A stretch of DNA of 64,000 bases from an uncultured Candidatus Saccharibacteria bacterium (GCA_964615725.1 CAZTPW010000002.1:5656-69655), one strand, 5' to 3'. Counted from the stretch's first letter, positions 27,431-37,592 are shown. The notes: a model not told the origin generated them from the sequence alone. Numbers and translations: made by a program.

Positions 27431-30400
27431 ATGCAAAAAAATATTTTTGAGAAGATAGTAATGTTCGGCGCACCCCTTACTGTCCTCGCTCTCCTTACTG
27501 TTGTTGTGACTCAGTTTCAGGATGCGCGACTCGTTCGTCGTTCTACCGCTTCGATTGTCGATGCTGGTGGCACCTCACTCGTACTCCATTATCCATTTGA
27601 TAGCTACACTTCTGGAGTAACAACACTTCAGGATAGCTCTGGAAATGGTATCACCGCTTCATTTCTCGGTACTTTACCAACTTCTATCGCAGGCAATGTG
27701 GGTAGTGGTGCACTCTCAATGAAGAGTGGCGGTTTCTTGCGAGCCAATTCATCACTTGGAATCACTAGTTATCCTTTCACAATCTCAGCGTGGGTACGAC
27801 AGCCGTCGAGCGTAAAAGGCCTTACACCAATTGCAGGCTTCTATGACACGACCACTGGTACCGACATGAAGGGTATTAGTATTAACAATTCAGGAAAAGC
27901 AGGAATCTTCTTTTCAAATACTGAGGGATATGAGGGAACATCACCTTGGCTGCGAAATAATGCATGGCATCATATCGTAGGAATTTTCACATCGACAGGT
28001 ATATCACTCTATGTTGACGGGACTTCAGTCGCAAACCTCCCATCCCAATTTACATTTCCAACAACACTTCAGAAATTCACAGTAAGTGGTTTTGATCGAT
28101 ATGCTGCGGACATTGTTGACTATCCATACACAGGCGACATTGATGACGTACGAGTATATAAAACAGCACTTACAGCAGATGACGTGCAGGCACTCTTTAG
28201 CCTCGGTCAGTACACCGGAGGTGGTACTGGTGGTCCTGACACGCAAGCACCAACCATTTCTATCACTTCTCCAACGACTGGCTCATCACCAACTGGCTCC
28301 GTAACACTTACCGCTCAAGCGACAGACAATGAAGGGGTTGCTGGTGTACAGTTTTATATCAATGGCGAAAAGTACGGCCAGGAAATTCTTTCTGCGCCAT
28401 ACTCGGTATCATGGAACACCACAACTGTTTCAAATGGTACCTATACAATTACTGCGGTGGCGAAGGATTATAGTGATAACACCACCACATCAAGCGCCGT
28501 ATCAGTGTCTGTCACCAACCCGGTCATAGCGCCAAAGCCTCATAAAGTCATTAGTTGGAACGCTCCGATTGGAATCCCAGAACCATCATTTGGTATTCGG
28601 GAAGATGTAAGTCACTTCATTTTGCGCAGTGGTGAGACATGTGCAACACAACCACAAAAATGCTTCGACTATGGAAATGGTCAGCAGGCTTACAAGCTCA
28701 ATTCAGTCGGTGAGCCATATACCCACTATGTTGAACCTACCAATCCCAATAGTACAGATTCTGATAACCCATTCGGAAGTCCTGCAAAGCCACGTGTGAC
28801 GCTACCAACACTTTTTACTCCCGGAATGATTGTAGAGCTTCATGGAACCTACAATAAAGCACGAGTACCAGTACACTACTACACATCAGGAGGTGGTACG
28901 AAGGAGCGCCCAGCATTTATCCGTGGGCTTGATACGAATGGTCAGAAAGCAGTCTTTGCAGATTTGAACTTCGAGATTGCCTCATCGTATTTGATTGTTG
29001 AAAATATTGAATTCCGTAATACTGCACCTCGATTCTATCCTTGGGCGCCAGGTCTTTCTATCCATCACAACGCATTACGCTACTGCGACCTTCATACCGG
29101 CACCGTGGCGGCAAGCTATACCCCTGGAATTACTGTCAGCAATATCGTGATATTCGCAAATAACATTCAGACTGACAAGAATGTGTTTGATTATGACGCA
29201 CCTGGAGAAATTTATGAGAATGATATAAACGGTGTCTACATAGGACGGCAATCAGAGGATGTGTGGGTGCTCGACAATACTATCCACGACCTCCCGGGTG
29301 ACTCTGTGGGCGGGGGACATGATGCTGATTATACTGCGAAGCGATACTATATCGGGCGAAATGATCTCTATCGAACGGGCGAAAACGCAATCGATATTAA
29401 GGAAGTTGATACCGTGATTGTGTCTCAGAATAAAATGCACGACTTCAAAGGTGGCTCAGAGGGTTCAGATGGTACTGCAACGGTCGTTCACTACGGTCCT
29501 ACCTATTCACCAAAAAATGTTTGGTTCCTCTTCAACGAAATTTATAATGCTTCTGATACTGGATTCCAAGTCGGCGGCGATCAACTCTTTGACGTTAGAT
29601 TTATTGGTAATATTGTACGCAATATTCACAATTCATCCGGGAATGCATGGGGTTATCGAGCATGGAACTCAAATGACGTATATCTCGTTAACAACCTCTT
29701 CTACGATGTCGACAATGGAATTTACTCAGATACCGGTGATGGCTCAAAACTCACCGTCGAGAACAACATCATTGCCAAGGTAAAAGATGGCGGTTATCAT
29801 GTGTCGCTTGCAGGATCAAGTCATATGAATCTCTCTCAGTTTGCGAATAATATTTTCTATCAGCCGGGTGGCAACGCTCGAATTGCATGGGGAGGCGTAA
29901 ATATTATCAACCTCACACTCTACGGTTCTCTCCTTAATGTCGGTCAATTTATGAGCTCAACAGGAAAGTGTGTGGGATGTCTTGAAGCAGATCCAAAGTT
30001 CAACAATAGCGCTCAAAATGATTTCAGTCTCCGACAGGATTCTCCAGCAATCAACGCTGGTAGCTCAGCGGTCATTGATCGACTTGCTGCTCTCTATCCA
30101 ATCCCAGGTATTTCTATCAAAAAAGATATTTCTGGTGGTACACGACCAGCGTCGGGTGTTTGGGATATTGGCCCTCATGAATACCTCGGCACCATTGATT
30201 CGACTCAGAAAAATCTTACTGTTGTTCTTGGTGGACAGGGGCAAGGTAGTGTTACCGTAACAGCATCGGGTTCAGTCCTTCAAACTGCTGAATCATCTGC
30301 GGCATCGAGCTATACCGTGTCAGGGGTCGTGACGTTGACCGCAGTACCTGAGCCGGGGTCAACGTTTGGTGGATGGCAAGGTGCCTCATGTACTGGTACT

Positions 30401-31402
30401 ACTTGTGTTATCTCACTCGTGTCTGATCTATCGGTGGTCGCACTCTTCAATGCAAATCAAGGTAGTGGACCTGCAATTATTTCACCTAGTGTTACCGTTG
30501 GTGCTGGACGAGCTACGATTTATTGGACTACCGACGTGGCAGCAACTGGCCAGGTGCAGTATGGACTTACCACATCATATGGAAATGTATCTCCACAAAG
30601 CACAGCAAAAACAGTCCACAGTCACACACTCACCGGTCTCAACCGACTCACCACGTATCACTACCGAATTGTCGTAACTTCTGCTGATGGCACAACACAG
30701 TCTGCAGATGCGGTATTTACAACTCCAAATAGTCCACCTCCTCCTGTTGTAGGGGCACCTTTTGTCCCAGGTAATGGCACAACAACACCTCCAGTTGTCA
30801 TTACTCCATCAAGTACACCGGTAGTGTCTCCATTTACCCGAAACCTTCAGCTTGGTGCGCAGGAGCCACAGGTCGCAGTCCTCCAGGATGTGCTCGTTAA
30901 GGAAAAGGTTCTCGATGCAGGTGCCTTTAAAAAGGGAATCTTTGATACCAAGACCGAAAAAGCAGTTCAAGCATTCCAGAAAAAATACGATATTGTGCGT
31001 TCAGGAAAACCACAAACTACAGGATATGGTTCAACCGATGCAAAAACTCGTTCGATCCTCAATGAAATTGCTAGTCAGCAAGCCCAGACCAACGCCATTG
31101 TTCAAAGTATCCCTCGAACATTCACTTTTACACGATCGCTTCAGATTGGCTCGGTTGGTGAGGATGTTCGATATCTCCAAATATTTTTAAATACCCACAA
31201 TTTCCCTGTGGCGAAAAGTGGTGCTGGCTCACGTGGCAGAGAGGGAACTGTCTATGGAACAGCAACAGCTCAGGCCTTGGCGAAGTTCCAAGAATTATAC
31301 AAGGATGAAATTCTAACACCAATGGGTAAAAAGAAAGGAGACGGTGTGTTTGGAAAGACAACACTTGCAAAGGTAAATGCTTTGCGAGCAGCGGGTAAGT
31401 AG
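27431..31402 (+). CDS. 1323-aa multidomain cell-surface protein (LamG-like, Ig-like, parallel beta-helix, FN3, 2x peptidoglycan-binding domains)
   Basis: N-terminal signal/TM (FGAPLTVLALLTVVV). A concanavalin/LamG-like region (ISAWVRQPSS...DDVRVYKTALTADDV). An Ig-like region (TGGPDTQAPTISITSPTTG...YTITAVAKDYSDN). Repetitive N-rich right-handed beta-helix repeats (NNIIAKV, NNLFYDV, etc.). An FN3-like region (TTYHYRIVVTSADGTT). Two C-terminal PG_binding_1-like repeats (FTRNLQLGAQEPQVAVLQDVL...; FTRSLQIGSVGEDVRYLQIFL...). Confidence 0.8.
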   Translation: MQKNIFEKIVMFGAPLTVLALLTVVVTQFQDARLVRRSTASIVDAGGTSLVLHYPFDSYTSGVTTLQDSSGNGITASFLGTLPTSIAGNVGSGALSMKSGGFLRANSSLGITSYPFTISAWVRQPSSVKGLTPIAGFYDTTTGTDMKGISINNSGKAGIFFSNTEGYEGTSPWLRNNAWHHIVGIFTSTGISLYVDGTSVANLPSQFTFPTTLQKFTVSGFDRYAADIVDYPYTGDIDDVRVYKTALTADDVQALFSLGQYTGGGTGGPDTQAPTISITSPTTGSSPTGSVTLTAQATDNEGVAGVQFYINGEKYGQEILSAPYSVSWNTTTVSNGTYTITAVAKDYSDNTTTSSAVSVSVTNPVIAPKPHKVISWNAPIGIPEPSFGIREDVSHFILRSGETCATQPQKCFDYGNGQQAYKLNSVGEPYTHYVEPTNPNSTDSDNPFGSPAKPRVTLPTLFTPGMIVELHGTYNKARVPVHYYTSGGGTKERPAFIRGLDTNGQKAVFADLNFEIASSYLIVENIEFRNTAPRFYPWAPGLSIHHNALRYCDLHTGTVAASYTPGITVSNIVIFANNIQTDKNVFDYDAPGEIYENDINGVYIGRQSEDVWVLDNTIHDLPGDSVGGGHDADYTAKRYYIGRNDLYRTGENAIDIKEVDTVIVSQNKMHDFKGGSEGSDGTATVVHYGPTYSPKNVWFLFNEIYNASDTGFQVGGDQLFDVRFIGNIVRNIHNSSGNAWGYRAWNSNDVYLVNNLFYDVDNGIYSDTGDGSKLTVENNIIAKVKDGGYHVSLAGSSHMNLSQFANNIFYQPGGNARIAWGGVNIINLTLYGSLLNVGQFMSSTGKCVGCLEADPKFNNSAQNDFSLRQDSPAINAGSSAVIDRLAALYPIPGISIKKDISGGTRPASGVWDIGPHEYLGTIDSTQKNLTVVLGGQGQGSVTVTASGSVLQTAESSAASSYTVSGVVTLTAVPEPGSTFGGWQGASCTGTTCVISLVSDLSVVALFNANQGSGPAIISPSVTVGAGRATIYWTTDVAATGQVQYGLTTSYGNVSPQSTAKTVHSHTLTGLNRLTTYHYRIVVTSADGTTQSADAVFTTPNSPPPPVVGAPFVPGNGTTTPPVVITPSSTPVVSPFTRNLQLGAQEPQVAVLQDVLVKEKVLDAGAFKKGIFDTKTEKAVQAFQKKYDIVRSGKPQTTGYGSTDAKTRSILNEIASQQAQTNAIVQSIPRTFTFTRSLQIGSVGEDVRYLQIFLNTHNFPVAKSGAGSRGREGTVYGTATAQALAKFQELYKDEILTPMGKKKGDGVFGKTTLAKVNALRAAGK

Positions 31403-31430
31403 GGGGTTGGTGAAAGTAAATTATTGACAA

Positions 31431-31477
31431 AAAGCTGAATTGGGGTATTGTTATACCGATTCAGCTTTTTTTGATTT
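31431..31477 (+). terminator. rho-independent terminator after the large surface-protein gene
   Basis: aaagctgaat...attcagcttt stem enclosing a GGGTAT/ATACC sub-hairpin, followed by a T7 run. Confidence 0.75.
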
Positions 31478-31883
31478 CGCGCAAGGAGGTGTTCCTCCAC
31501 ATGCCGCATAGGGTTGCGCCTTTGCGAAGACGGGAGTTGTTAACCCGTATCGGTTACCTCCTTGCGCTTCTTCCTTTATGCCACCCCTTGGCGGTGTCCA
31601 GATACATTCCTCGCCACCAACCCAACCTCCCATGGTTGAGTTCCGCGACGAACGGCCCTGCTCACGTCAAGAACAGGACTATCTGTGACACCCCTTGGGG
31701 TTGGCAGTTCATAAGGGAAAATTCTCCGCCCTTTGGTGGGGACAATAGACCGTGCTTGGAAACGTAGCCCCGATCAATTCGGCGTACAGCTGCTGAGGCA
31801 ACCTCGGCACCCAAGGACTCATTGTTCTCACTAGGGCGGTTTTTGTTTTATGCTATTTTGATATAGTATTTTCACATACATCC

Positions 31884-32777
31884 ATGGAGACAAATCCTCG
31901 CCATACCAAAATCAACGAACGAATCGCCGAAATCGAAGCACTTATGAATAGTGCTGATTTTTGGCAGAATCCACACAAGGCACAAGCAATGATAAAGGAA
32001 ATGCAGGACCTCAAAACCGAGCTTGAAGGGGGAGGTAAGTATGATAAAGGCGATGCGATCGTTACGATTTTTTCAGGGGCTGGTGGCGACGATGCCGAAG
32101 ATTTTTCAAGTATGCTTTTCCGTATGTACCGCAAGTATTCCGAAAAACGAGGCTGGTCACTTTCACTCATTCATGAAAACCAAAATGATCACGGCGGTTT
32201 TCGCAATGTCACTTTTGAAATTTCAGGAAAATCAGTATATGGCACCCTCAAAAACGAATCAGGCGTCCATCGCTTGGTCCGAATCTCCCCATTCAATGCA
32301 AAGCAGCTTCGGCACACATCGTTTTCAATGGTAGAAGTGATTCCAAAGTTTGAAAAAACAGACTCTGCTATCGAAATTCCCGAGAAAGACCTCGAAGTGA
32401 CTATGTCACGAGCAGGAGGTCCTGGCGGACAAAACGTCAACAAACGCGAAACTGCGGTACGAATTGTCCATCTTCCCACAAAACTTTCCGTGCATGTCAC
32501 CTCAGAGCGCTCACAGGCTCAAAACAAAGAAAAAGCCCTCGATATTCTCAAAGCAAAACTCTATAAAATGCAGGAGGAAGAGCGTATCGCAAAAGAAAAG
32601 GGAATGTATATTTCAAAAACGACTAGCATAGAATGGGGCAATCAAATTCGCTCGTATGTTCAGCACCCCTACAAGATGGTCAAAGACCACCGCACCGATG
32701 TAGAAACCTCAGATGTGGAGGCGGTCCTCGAGGGCGATATCGACCTCTTTCTCGACGCTGAAAAGAATTTGGGCTAA
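31884..32777 (+). CDS. prfB: peptide chain release factor 2 (no programmed +1 frameshift, short N-terminus)
   Basis: SPF tripeptide (RISPFNAKQ) and GGQ motif (RAGGPGGQNVNK). 297 aa continuous ORF. No CUU-UGA-C frameshift site upstream. Confidence 0.85.
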   Translation: METNPRHTKINERIAEIEALMNSADFWQNPHKAQAMIKEMQDLKTELEGGGKYDKGDAIVTIFSGAGGDDAEDFSSMLFRMYRKYSEKRGWSLSLIHENQNDHGGFRNVTFEISGKSVYGTLKNESGVHRLVRISPFNAKQLRHTSFSMVEVIPKFEKTDSAIEIPEKDLEVTMSRAGGPGGQNVNKRETAVRIVHLPTKLSVHVTSERSQAQNKEKALDILKAKLYKMQEEERIAKEKGMYISKTTSIEWGNQIRSYVQHPYKMVKDHRTDVETSDVEAVLEGDIDLFLDAEKNLG

Positions 32778-32802
32778 CGCGTTTGTTGGAGTATAATGGT
32801 GG

Positions 32803-33489
32803 GTGTCTATGATTTATTTCGATAAAGTCTCAAAGAAGTATTCCCCAAGTTCAGCGGCACTTCACGAAGTGAGCTTCAAGGTAGAGCCAAAGGAGTTTAT
32901 CTCGATTGTGGGCCATTCTGGAGCCGGCAAGTCGACTCTCCTCAAGATGATTCTCGCCGAAGAGAGCCCTACAAGTGGGGAAGTCTATTTCCAGTCGGTC
33001 AATATTCACAAGCTCCGTCGTAGTGATATCACGAAGCTTCGCCGTCGGATTGGTACGATTTTCCAAGATTTCCGCCTCCTCGCTGACAAGACTGCATACG
33101 AAAACATCGCTTTTGCTATGGAAATTGCAGGTCGGACCGACTCGGAGATTGCAGCGGATGTGCCTCATGTGCTCGACCTCGTCAATCTCAAAGACAAGGC
33201 ATCACATTTTCCTCACGAGCTTTCAGGCGGTGAGAAACAACGTGTAGCGATTGCCCGTGCCATCGTCAACAACCCCGACATTATTATCGCCGATGAGCCC
33301 ACAGGAAATCTCGACCCAGTAAACACCTATGAAATTATTCAGATTTTGAAAAAGATCAACGACCTCGGCACGACCGTCCTCATGACCACCCACAACAAGG
33401 GGGTAGTGGATGCAGTGGGCAAGCGTGTGATTACTATGGAAAATGGCCGCGTCATCCGCGACGATGCTTCAGGTAAATATATTTTGTAA
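32803..33489 (+). CDS. ftsE: cell division ATP-binding protein FtsE
   Basis: Walker [13 protein letters not shown] signature LSGGEKQR, Walker B IIIADEP. 228 aa. Confidence 0.9.
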   Translation: MSMIYFDKVSKKYSPSSAALHEVSFKVEPKEFISIVGHSGAGKSTLLKMILAEESPTSGEVYFQSVNIHKLRRSDITKLRRRIGTIFQDFRLLADKTAYENIAFAMEIAGRTDSEIAADVPHVLDLVNLKDKASHFPHELSGGEKQRVAIARAIVNNPDIIIADEPTGNLDPVNTYEIIQILKKINDLGTTVLMTTHNKGVVDAVGKRVITMENGRVIRDDASGKYIL

Positions 33490-33493
33490 TACT

Positions 33494-34396
33494 ATGTTCA
33501 TGAATCTTAAAAGAGTAATACGAGCGGGATTTGTCAGTTTTTGGAGAAATGGCTTCATCTCTATATCATCAGTCTTCGTGATGATTGTGACACTTTTCGT
33601 GATCGGCTCAGTCATTTTCACAAGCGCTGTTCTCAAGGAATCTCTCAATTCACTCCAAAATAAAGCAGACATCAATGTGTATTTCGTCACCAATGCCGAC
33701 CCAGCCGAAGTTATTAGTATTCAAAAATCACTCCAAAAACTCCCTGAAGTCGCATCAGTCAAATATGTCTCAAAAGAGCAGGTGCTCGAAGATTTCAAGA
33801 AGGACCCTACTCGTACTCAAGGCGATTTCGATGCACTTGATATCATTGGTGAAAACCCATTTGGCCCAAGCTTGAATATTTTGGCAAAGGACCCCGCAAA
33901 ATACACATCGATCGCACAATACCTCGCTGGCAAAAAAGATATCATTAGTGCCAATGACTATGATCGCAATGGCGCAGCTATTGCCAAGCTCAGCACCCTT
34001 ATCAAGGCATCCAACAAAGCAGGTTTTGGCATCGCTATCCTCTTGATCGCTTTTGCGCTTATTATTACGTTCAACACTATTCGCGTCTCGATTTTTGCTT
34101 CTCGTGATGAGATTGCGGTCATGAAGCTTGTCGGTGCAAGCAATCGTTATGCTCGTGGACCATTTGTGGTGAGTGGCATCATGTATGGTCTCATTGCCGG
34201 GATTATCACCTTGATTATTTTTGCGCCTACGACCTATTTCCTCGGCCCAGTCACCAAGAGCTTCTTTTCAAGTGTGAATCTCTATGAATATTATCGAGCA
34301 AACTTTGGTCAGATTTTCCTTATTATCGTGGGCTCAGGTCTCGCCATCGGTGCGATCTCAAGCTACCTCGCGGTGCGACGGTATTTGAAGGTGTAG
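33494..34396 (+). CDS. ftsX: cell division permease FtsX
   Basis: Start at the ATG at 33494, after the ftsE stop. FtsX topology: TM1, a large extracellular loop, then three C-terminal TMs. Confidence 0.85.
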   Translation: MFMNLKRVIRAGFVSFWRNGFISISSVFVMIVTLFVIGSVIFTSAVLKESLNSLQNKADINVYFVTNADPAEVISIQKSLQKLPEVASVKYVSKEQVLEDFKKDPTRTQGDFDALDIIGENPFGPSLNILAKDPAKYTSIAQYLAGKKDIISANDYDRNGAAIAKLSTLIKASNKAGFGIAILLIAFALIITFNTIRVSIFASRDEIAVMKLVGASNRYARGPFVVSGIMYGLIAGIITLIIFAPTTYFLGPVTKSFFSSVNLYEYYRANFGQIFLIIVGSGLAIGAISSYLAVRRYLKV

Positions 34397-34513
34397 GGAG
34401 TGAAAGGGTGGTTTCGTTGACTTTTGTCATCTAAAGAGCAGTATTATGAAGTACACCATACCCGGTGTGCTTTTTGAAAATAAACCTCAACAAAATCCTC
34501 ACATACCCGTGAG

Positions 34514-35719
34514 GTGGAGAATGCAGTTATGAGCCTTAAGCCGTTTCAACCACTCATCAAGTTCGATGGTGTCCATATTTTTCACGAAGATCAATGGACA
34601 AGGGAAGTCGGGAAGAATCCACTCGCCATGCTTCCCAAAGCGCAGACGATCAAGCAGCTCGAGTTTGTCCTGAGTAAAATGCCACGAATTGCCAACGCGG
34701 AAACTGAATTGGTGCTTTCATCACTCCTGACCATTTACCATGATCAGCGTCAGTTCGAAGCTTTTGACACGGTTGCTACGTGGGTGATGGGTACTGGCGC
34801 CAGACAAGGTTCCACATGGGAATACGACCAGGACCAATCTTTTCACTGGCTTCTGACTCACTACAAGCAAATGCTTGGTGCAGATGCTTGGAATGGAGCA
34901 ATCCTTCACAAGCCTTGGATCAAGGCAGGAATTTCCGAGTCACCGCGCCGCTATTGGCAAAATGGGTACTATCAAGATGTGTTGCTCCAAGCTATTGAGC
35001 GTCATGCTGAACAGATCCGACCTGAGATCAAGGCAAAAAAGCCTGGCTCAGCACTGGTGGATTGGAAACTCTTTGAGCACATTCTTCGGCGTGCAATGAA
35101 TTGCGGAGATACCGCTCTTTTGGACGCGCTTCAAAGGGTCACTGCTCTTCAGGATGAAGCTGGTCCCGAATTCTGGAGTGGTGACTTTGCTGGTGGGTCT
35201 GGTGTGCATGACCCACTCATTTGTGGAAAGTTTACTGGTATGACCAGTCAGGTGGTGGAACGCTTGACCGCCATTCGTATGAGCGAGACGCCGTTCGGCG
35301 ACAAATCAATCGAAGAGAAGATTCAGCAATTCTTCCGTACTACCGCCCCTGATCTTCAATCGTTACCTACGCGTTTGATTATCAAAAAGGGGACAGGTCA
35401 GAACAGTGGTCAGTACCACATCGGTTTCTACCTCAATGCAGAAAGTTGCAATCAGGCGATGCACGAGGCTTGGAATACAGCTTTGATGCGGGATTTTTGG
35501 TTTCGAATCCAACCCTCCGACACAACGATGTACTGCCTTCAACAATGCTCGCGTCGCCAGGAACCTTATCGCTTCAAGCAGTTTTGCTTCGGTGATCATT
35601 TCACAACTTCAAATGGAAGAAAGTATGTCGACATATCGATCTTCCGTGGTCGGTGGGATGAACATACACACAAGCTCGACTTGCGCATTCCTTTCACGGT
35701 CGCTGACATGGCGGAATAG
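34514..35719 (+). CDS. hypothetical cytoplasmic protein (401 aa, Trp/Cys-rich, unknown function)
   Basis: Long ORF with its own TTGACT-N18-TATTAT promoter (34419-34448) and a downstream terminator. No recognisable motif. ~52% GC. Confidence 0.55.
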   Translation: MENAVMSLKPFQPLIKFDGVHIFHEDQWTREVGKNPLAMLPKAQTIKQLEFVLSKMPRIANAETELVLSSLLTIYHDQRQFEAFDTVATWVMGTGARQGSTWEYDQDQSFHWLLTHYKQMLGADAWNGAILHKPWIKAGISESPRRYWQNGYYQDVLLQAIERHAEQIRPEIKAKKPGSALVDWKLFEHILRRAMNCGDTALLDALQRVTALQDEAGPEFWSGDFAGGSGVHDPLICGKFTGMTSQVVERLTAIRMSETPFGDKSIEEKIQQFFRTTAPDLQSLPTRLIIKKGTGQNSGQYHIGFYLNAESCNQAMHEAWNTALMRDFWFRIQPSDTTMYCLQQCSRRQEPYRFKQFCFGDHFTTSNGRKYVDISIFRGRWDEHTHKLDLRIPFTVADMAE

Positions 35720-35747
35720 AAGCGACTTTGCTCTTTTCGGTTTTCAG

Positions 35748-35786
35748 CCACCACGTTGCTCAAGTGACGGAGGTGGTTTTTCTTTT
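35748..35786 (+). terminator. rho-independent terminator
   Basis: ccacc...ggtgg hairpin followed by tttttctttttt. Confidence 0.65.
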
Positions 35787-35891
35787 TTAAAACAAATCGT
35801 AGCGGAGTAGCAATTCCTTGTCAGAATTTTTTGGAAGTGGTCGAATGTTGCGCGAGCTTTGACGTTCAAAAAAACCAGCCTAGAATGAAGT

Positions 35892-37592
35892 ATGTCACTC
35901 ACATCAGAAAAACCACGAGCCGGTAAGCAGAAAAATCATAAATTTATTTTCGTAATCGGCGGTGTTATGTCAGGAGTCGGAAAGGGGATCGCTACTTCAT
36001 CGATCGGTACCCTCCTTCAGGCAAAAGGCTACAGTGTTCACCTCGTAAAAGTTGACCCGTATTTAAATGTCGATGCAGGTACTATGAACCCCACTGAGCA
36101 CGGTGAGGTTTTTGTCTTAAATAGCGGACTCGAAACGGATCAGGATATGGGCAACTATGAGCGCTTCCTTGATCGCGATCTTTCAAATGACGACTACATG
36201 ACGAGCGGTATGGTCTACAAGCATGTCATCGATCGAGAGCGCAACCTTGGCTATCGTGGCAAGTGTGTGGAGGCGATTCCCCATGTGCGAGATGAGATTA
36301 TTGCACGGTTTAAGCGTTCGGCGGAGCAAAGCGGTGCTGATATCTCAGTAGTGGAGATCGGTGGTACCGTCGGTGACTATCAAAACATTATGTTCATCGA
36401 AGCGGCACGTGTACTCAAGATCTACAACCCTGACGACGTCCTTGTGGTGATGGTCAGCTACCTGCCGATTCCAAGCAAGATTGGTGAAATGAAGACCCGT
36501 CCGACGCAAAATGCCGTGCATCAGCTCGCATCCTACGGTCTCAACACTGATGTGATCATTGCTCGAAGTGAAGTACCGCTCGACATGAAGCGCAAGCAAA
36601 AAATCGCTGATGCGTGTAGTGTGCGACCCGATCACGTCATCTCTGCGCCTGATATTGATAGTGTCTATGATGTACCTATAAACTTTGAACGCGACAACCT
36701 TGGTGCAATCATCCTCTCATCACTTCATCTCAAGGAAAAGAAACTCACCAAAGACGGCCTCGCACCATGGCGAGCATTTGCTTCAAAAGTAAAAGAGGTG
36801 AAGGCGGGGCAGAAGGAGATCAATGTTGCAATTGTTGGGAAATATTTCTCGACCGGAGACTTCGTCCTCACCGATGCGTATGTGTCCGTGCTTGAGGCGC
36901 TCAAATATTCTGCCTACAAGCTCGGCGTGCGTGCCAACATTGCTACCGTAAATGCAGGGGATTTTGAAGGTGCGAAGCCTGATTTTTCAGTACTCAAAAA
37001 GTTTGATGCAATTCTCGTGCCGGGAGGCTTTGGTGAATCGGGTATCGAAGGAAAGCTTAAAGTGATCGAATATGCTCGTACTCACAAGGTGCCGTATTTT
37101 GGTCTCTGCTACGGAATGCAACTCATGGTCATTGAATACGCTCGCAATATCCTTGGCTGGAAGCATGCCAACACCGCTGAGATCAATCCAAAAGCTTCCC
37201 ATGTCGTCATCGATATCATGCCAGATCAAAAGAAGAAGCTCGCGGAGGGGAATTATGGTGGTTCGATGCGACTCGGCGCTTTTGAGGCAAAGCTCAAGCA
37301 GGGCACGGTAGCACAGCGTGCCTATGGATCGCAGAGTGTGATGGAGCGTCATCGCCATCGTTATGAGGTCAATCAAGAGCATATCGAAGCGATTGAAAAT
37401 GCTGGCCTCGTTTTCTCCGGCACATCACCCGATGGCAAGCTCATGGAAATCGCAGAGCTTCCAGAGTCCAAGCACCCATTTTTCGTCGGTACACAATTTC
37501 ATCCGGAGTTTTTGGCACGTCCTTTGCGCCCACACCCGCTTTTTTCTGCGTTCATCAAAGCTGGTATCGACAGGAAAAAGAGTCGGGGGTAG
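35892..37592 (+). CDS. pyrG: CTP synthase
   Basis: N-terminal synthetase domain (IFVIGGVMSGVGKGIATSSIG) and C-terminal class-I glutamine amidotransferase (GLCYGMQ; HPEF). 566 aa. Confidence 0.95.
   Translation: MSLTSEKPRAGKQKNHKFIFVIGGVMSGVGKGIATSSIGTLLQAKGYSVHLVKVDPYLNVDAGTMNPTEHGEVFVLNSGLETDQDMGNYERFLDRDLSNDDYMTSGMVYKHVIDRERNLGYRGKCVEAIPHVRDEIIARFKRSAEQSGADISVVEIGGTVGDYQNIMFIEAARVLKIYNPDDVLVVMVSYLPIPSKIGEMKTRPTQNAVHQLASYGLNTDVIIARSEVPLDMKRKQKIADACSVRPDHVISAPDIDSVYDVPINFERDNLGAIILSSLHLKEKKLTKDGLAPWRAFASKVKEVKAGQKEINVAIVGKYFSTGDFVLTDAYVSVLEALKYSAYKLGVRANIATVNAGDFEGAKPDFSVLKKFDAILVPGGFGESGIEGKLKVIEYARTHKVPYFGLCYGMQLMVIEYARNILGWKHANTAEINPKASHVVIDIMPDQKKKLAEGNYGGSMRLGAFEAKLKQGTVAQRAYGSQSVMERHRHRYEVNQEHIEAIENAGLVFSGTSPDGKLMEIAELPESKHPFFVGTQFHPEFLARPLRPHPLFSAFIKAGIDRKKSRG

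Noticed and set aside
27204-27458. 84-aa plus-strand ORF
   Set aside because: It runs through tRNA-Thr(CGU) and the terminator hairpin; spurious.
31471-31767. 98-aa plus-strand ORF, plus minus-strand ORFs 31270..31509 and 31451..31633
   Set aside because: They lie in the GC-rich structured region with random-looking composition. They are treated as non-coding.
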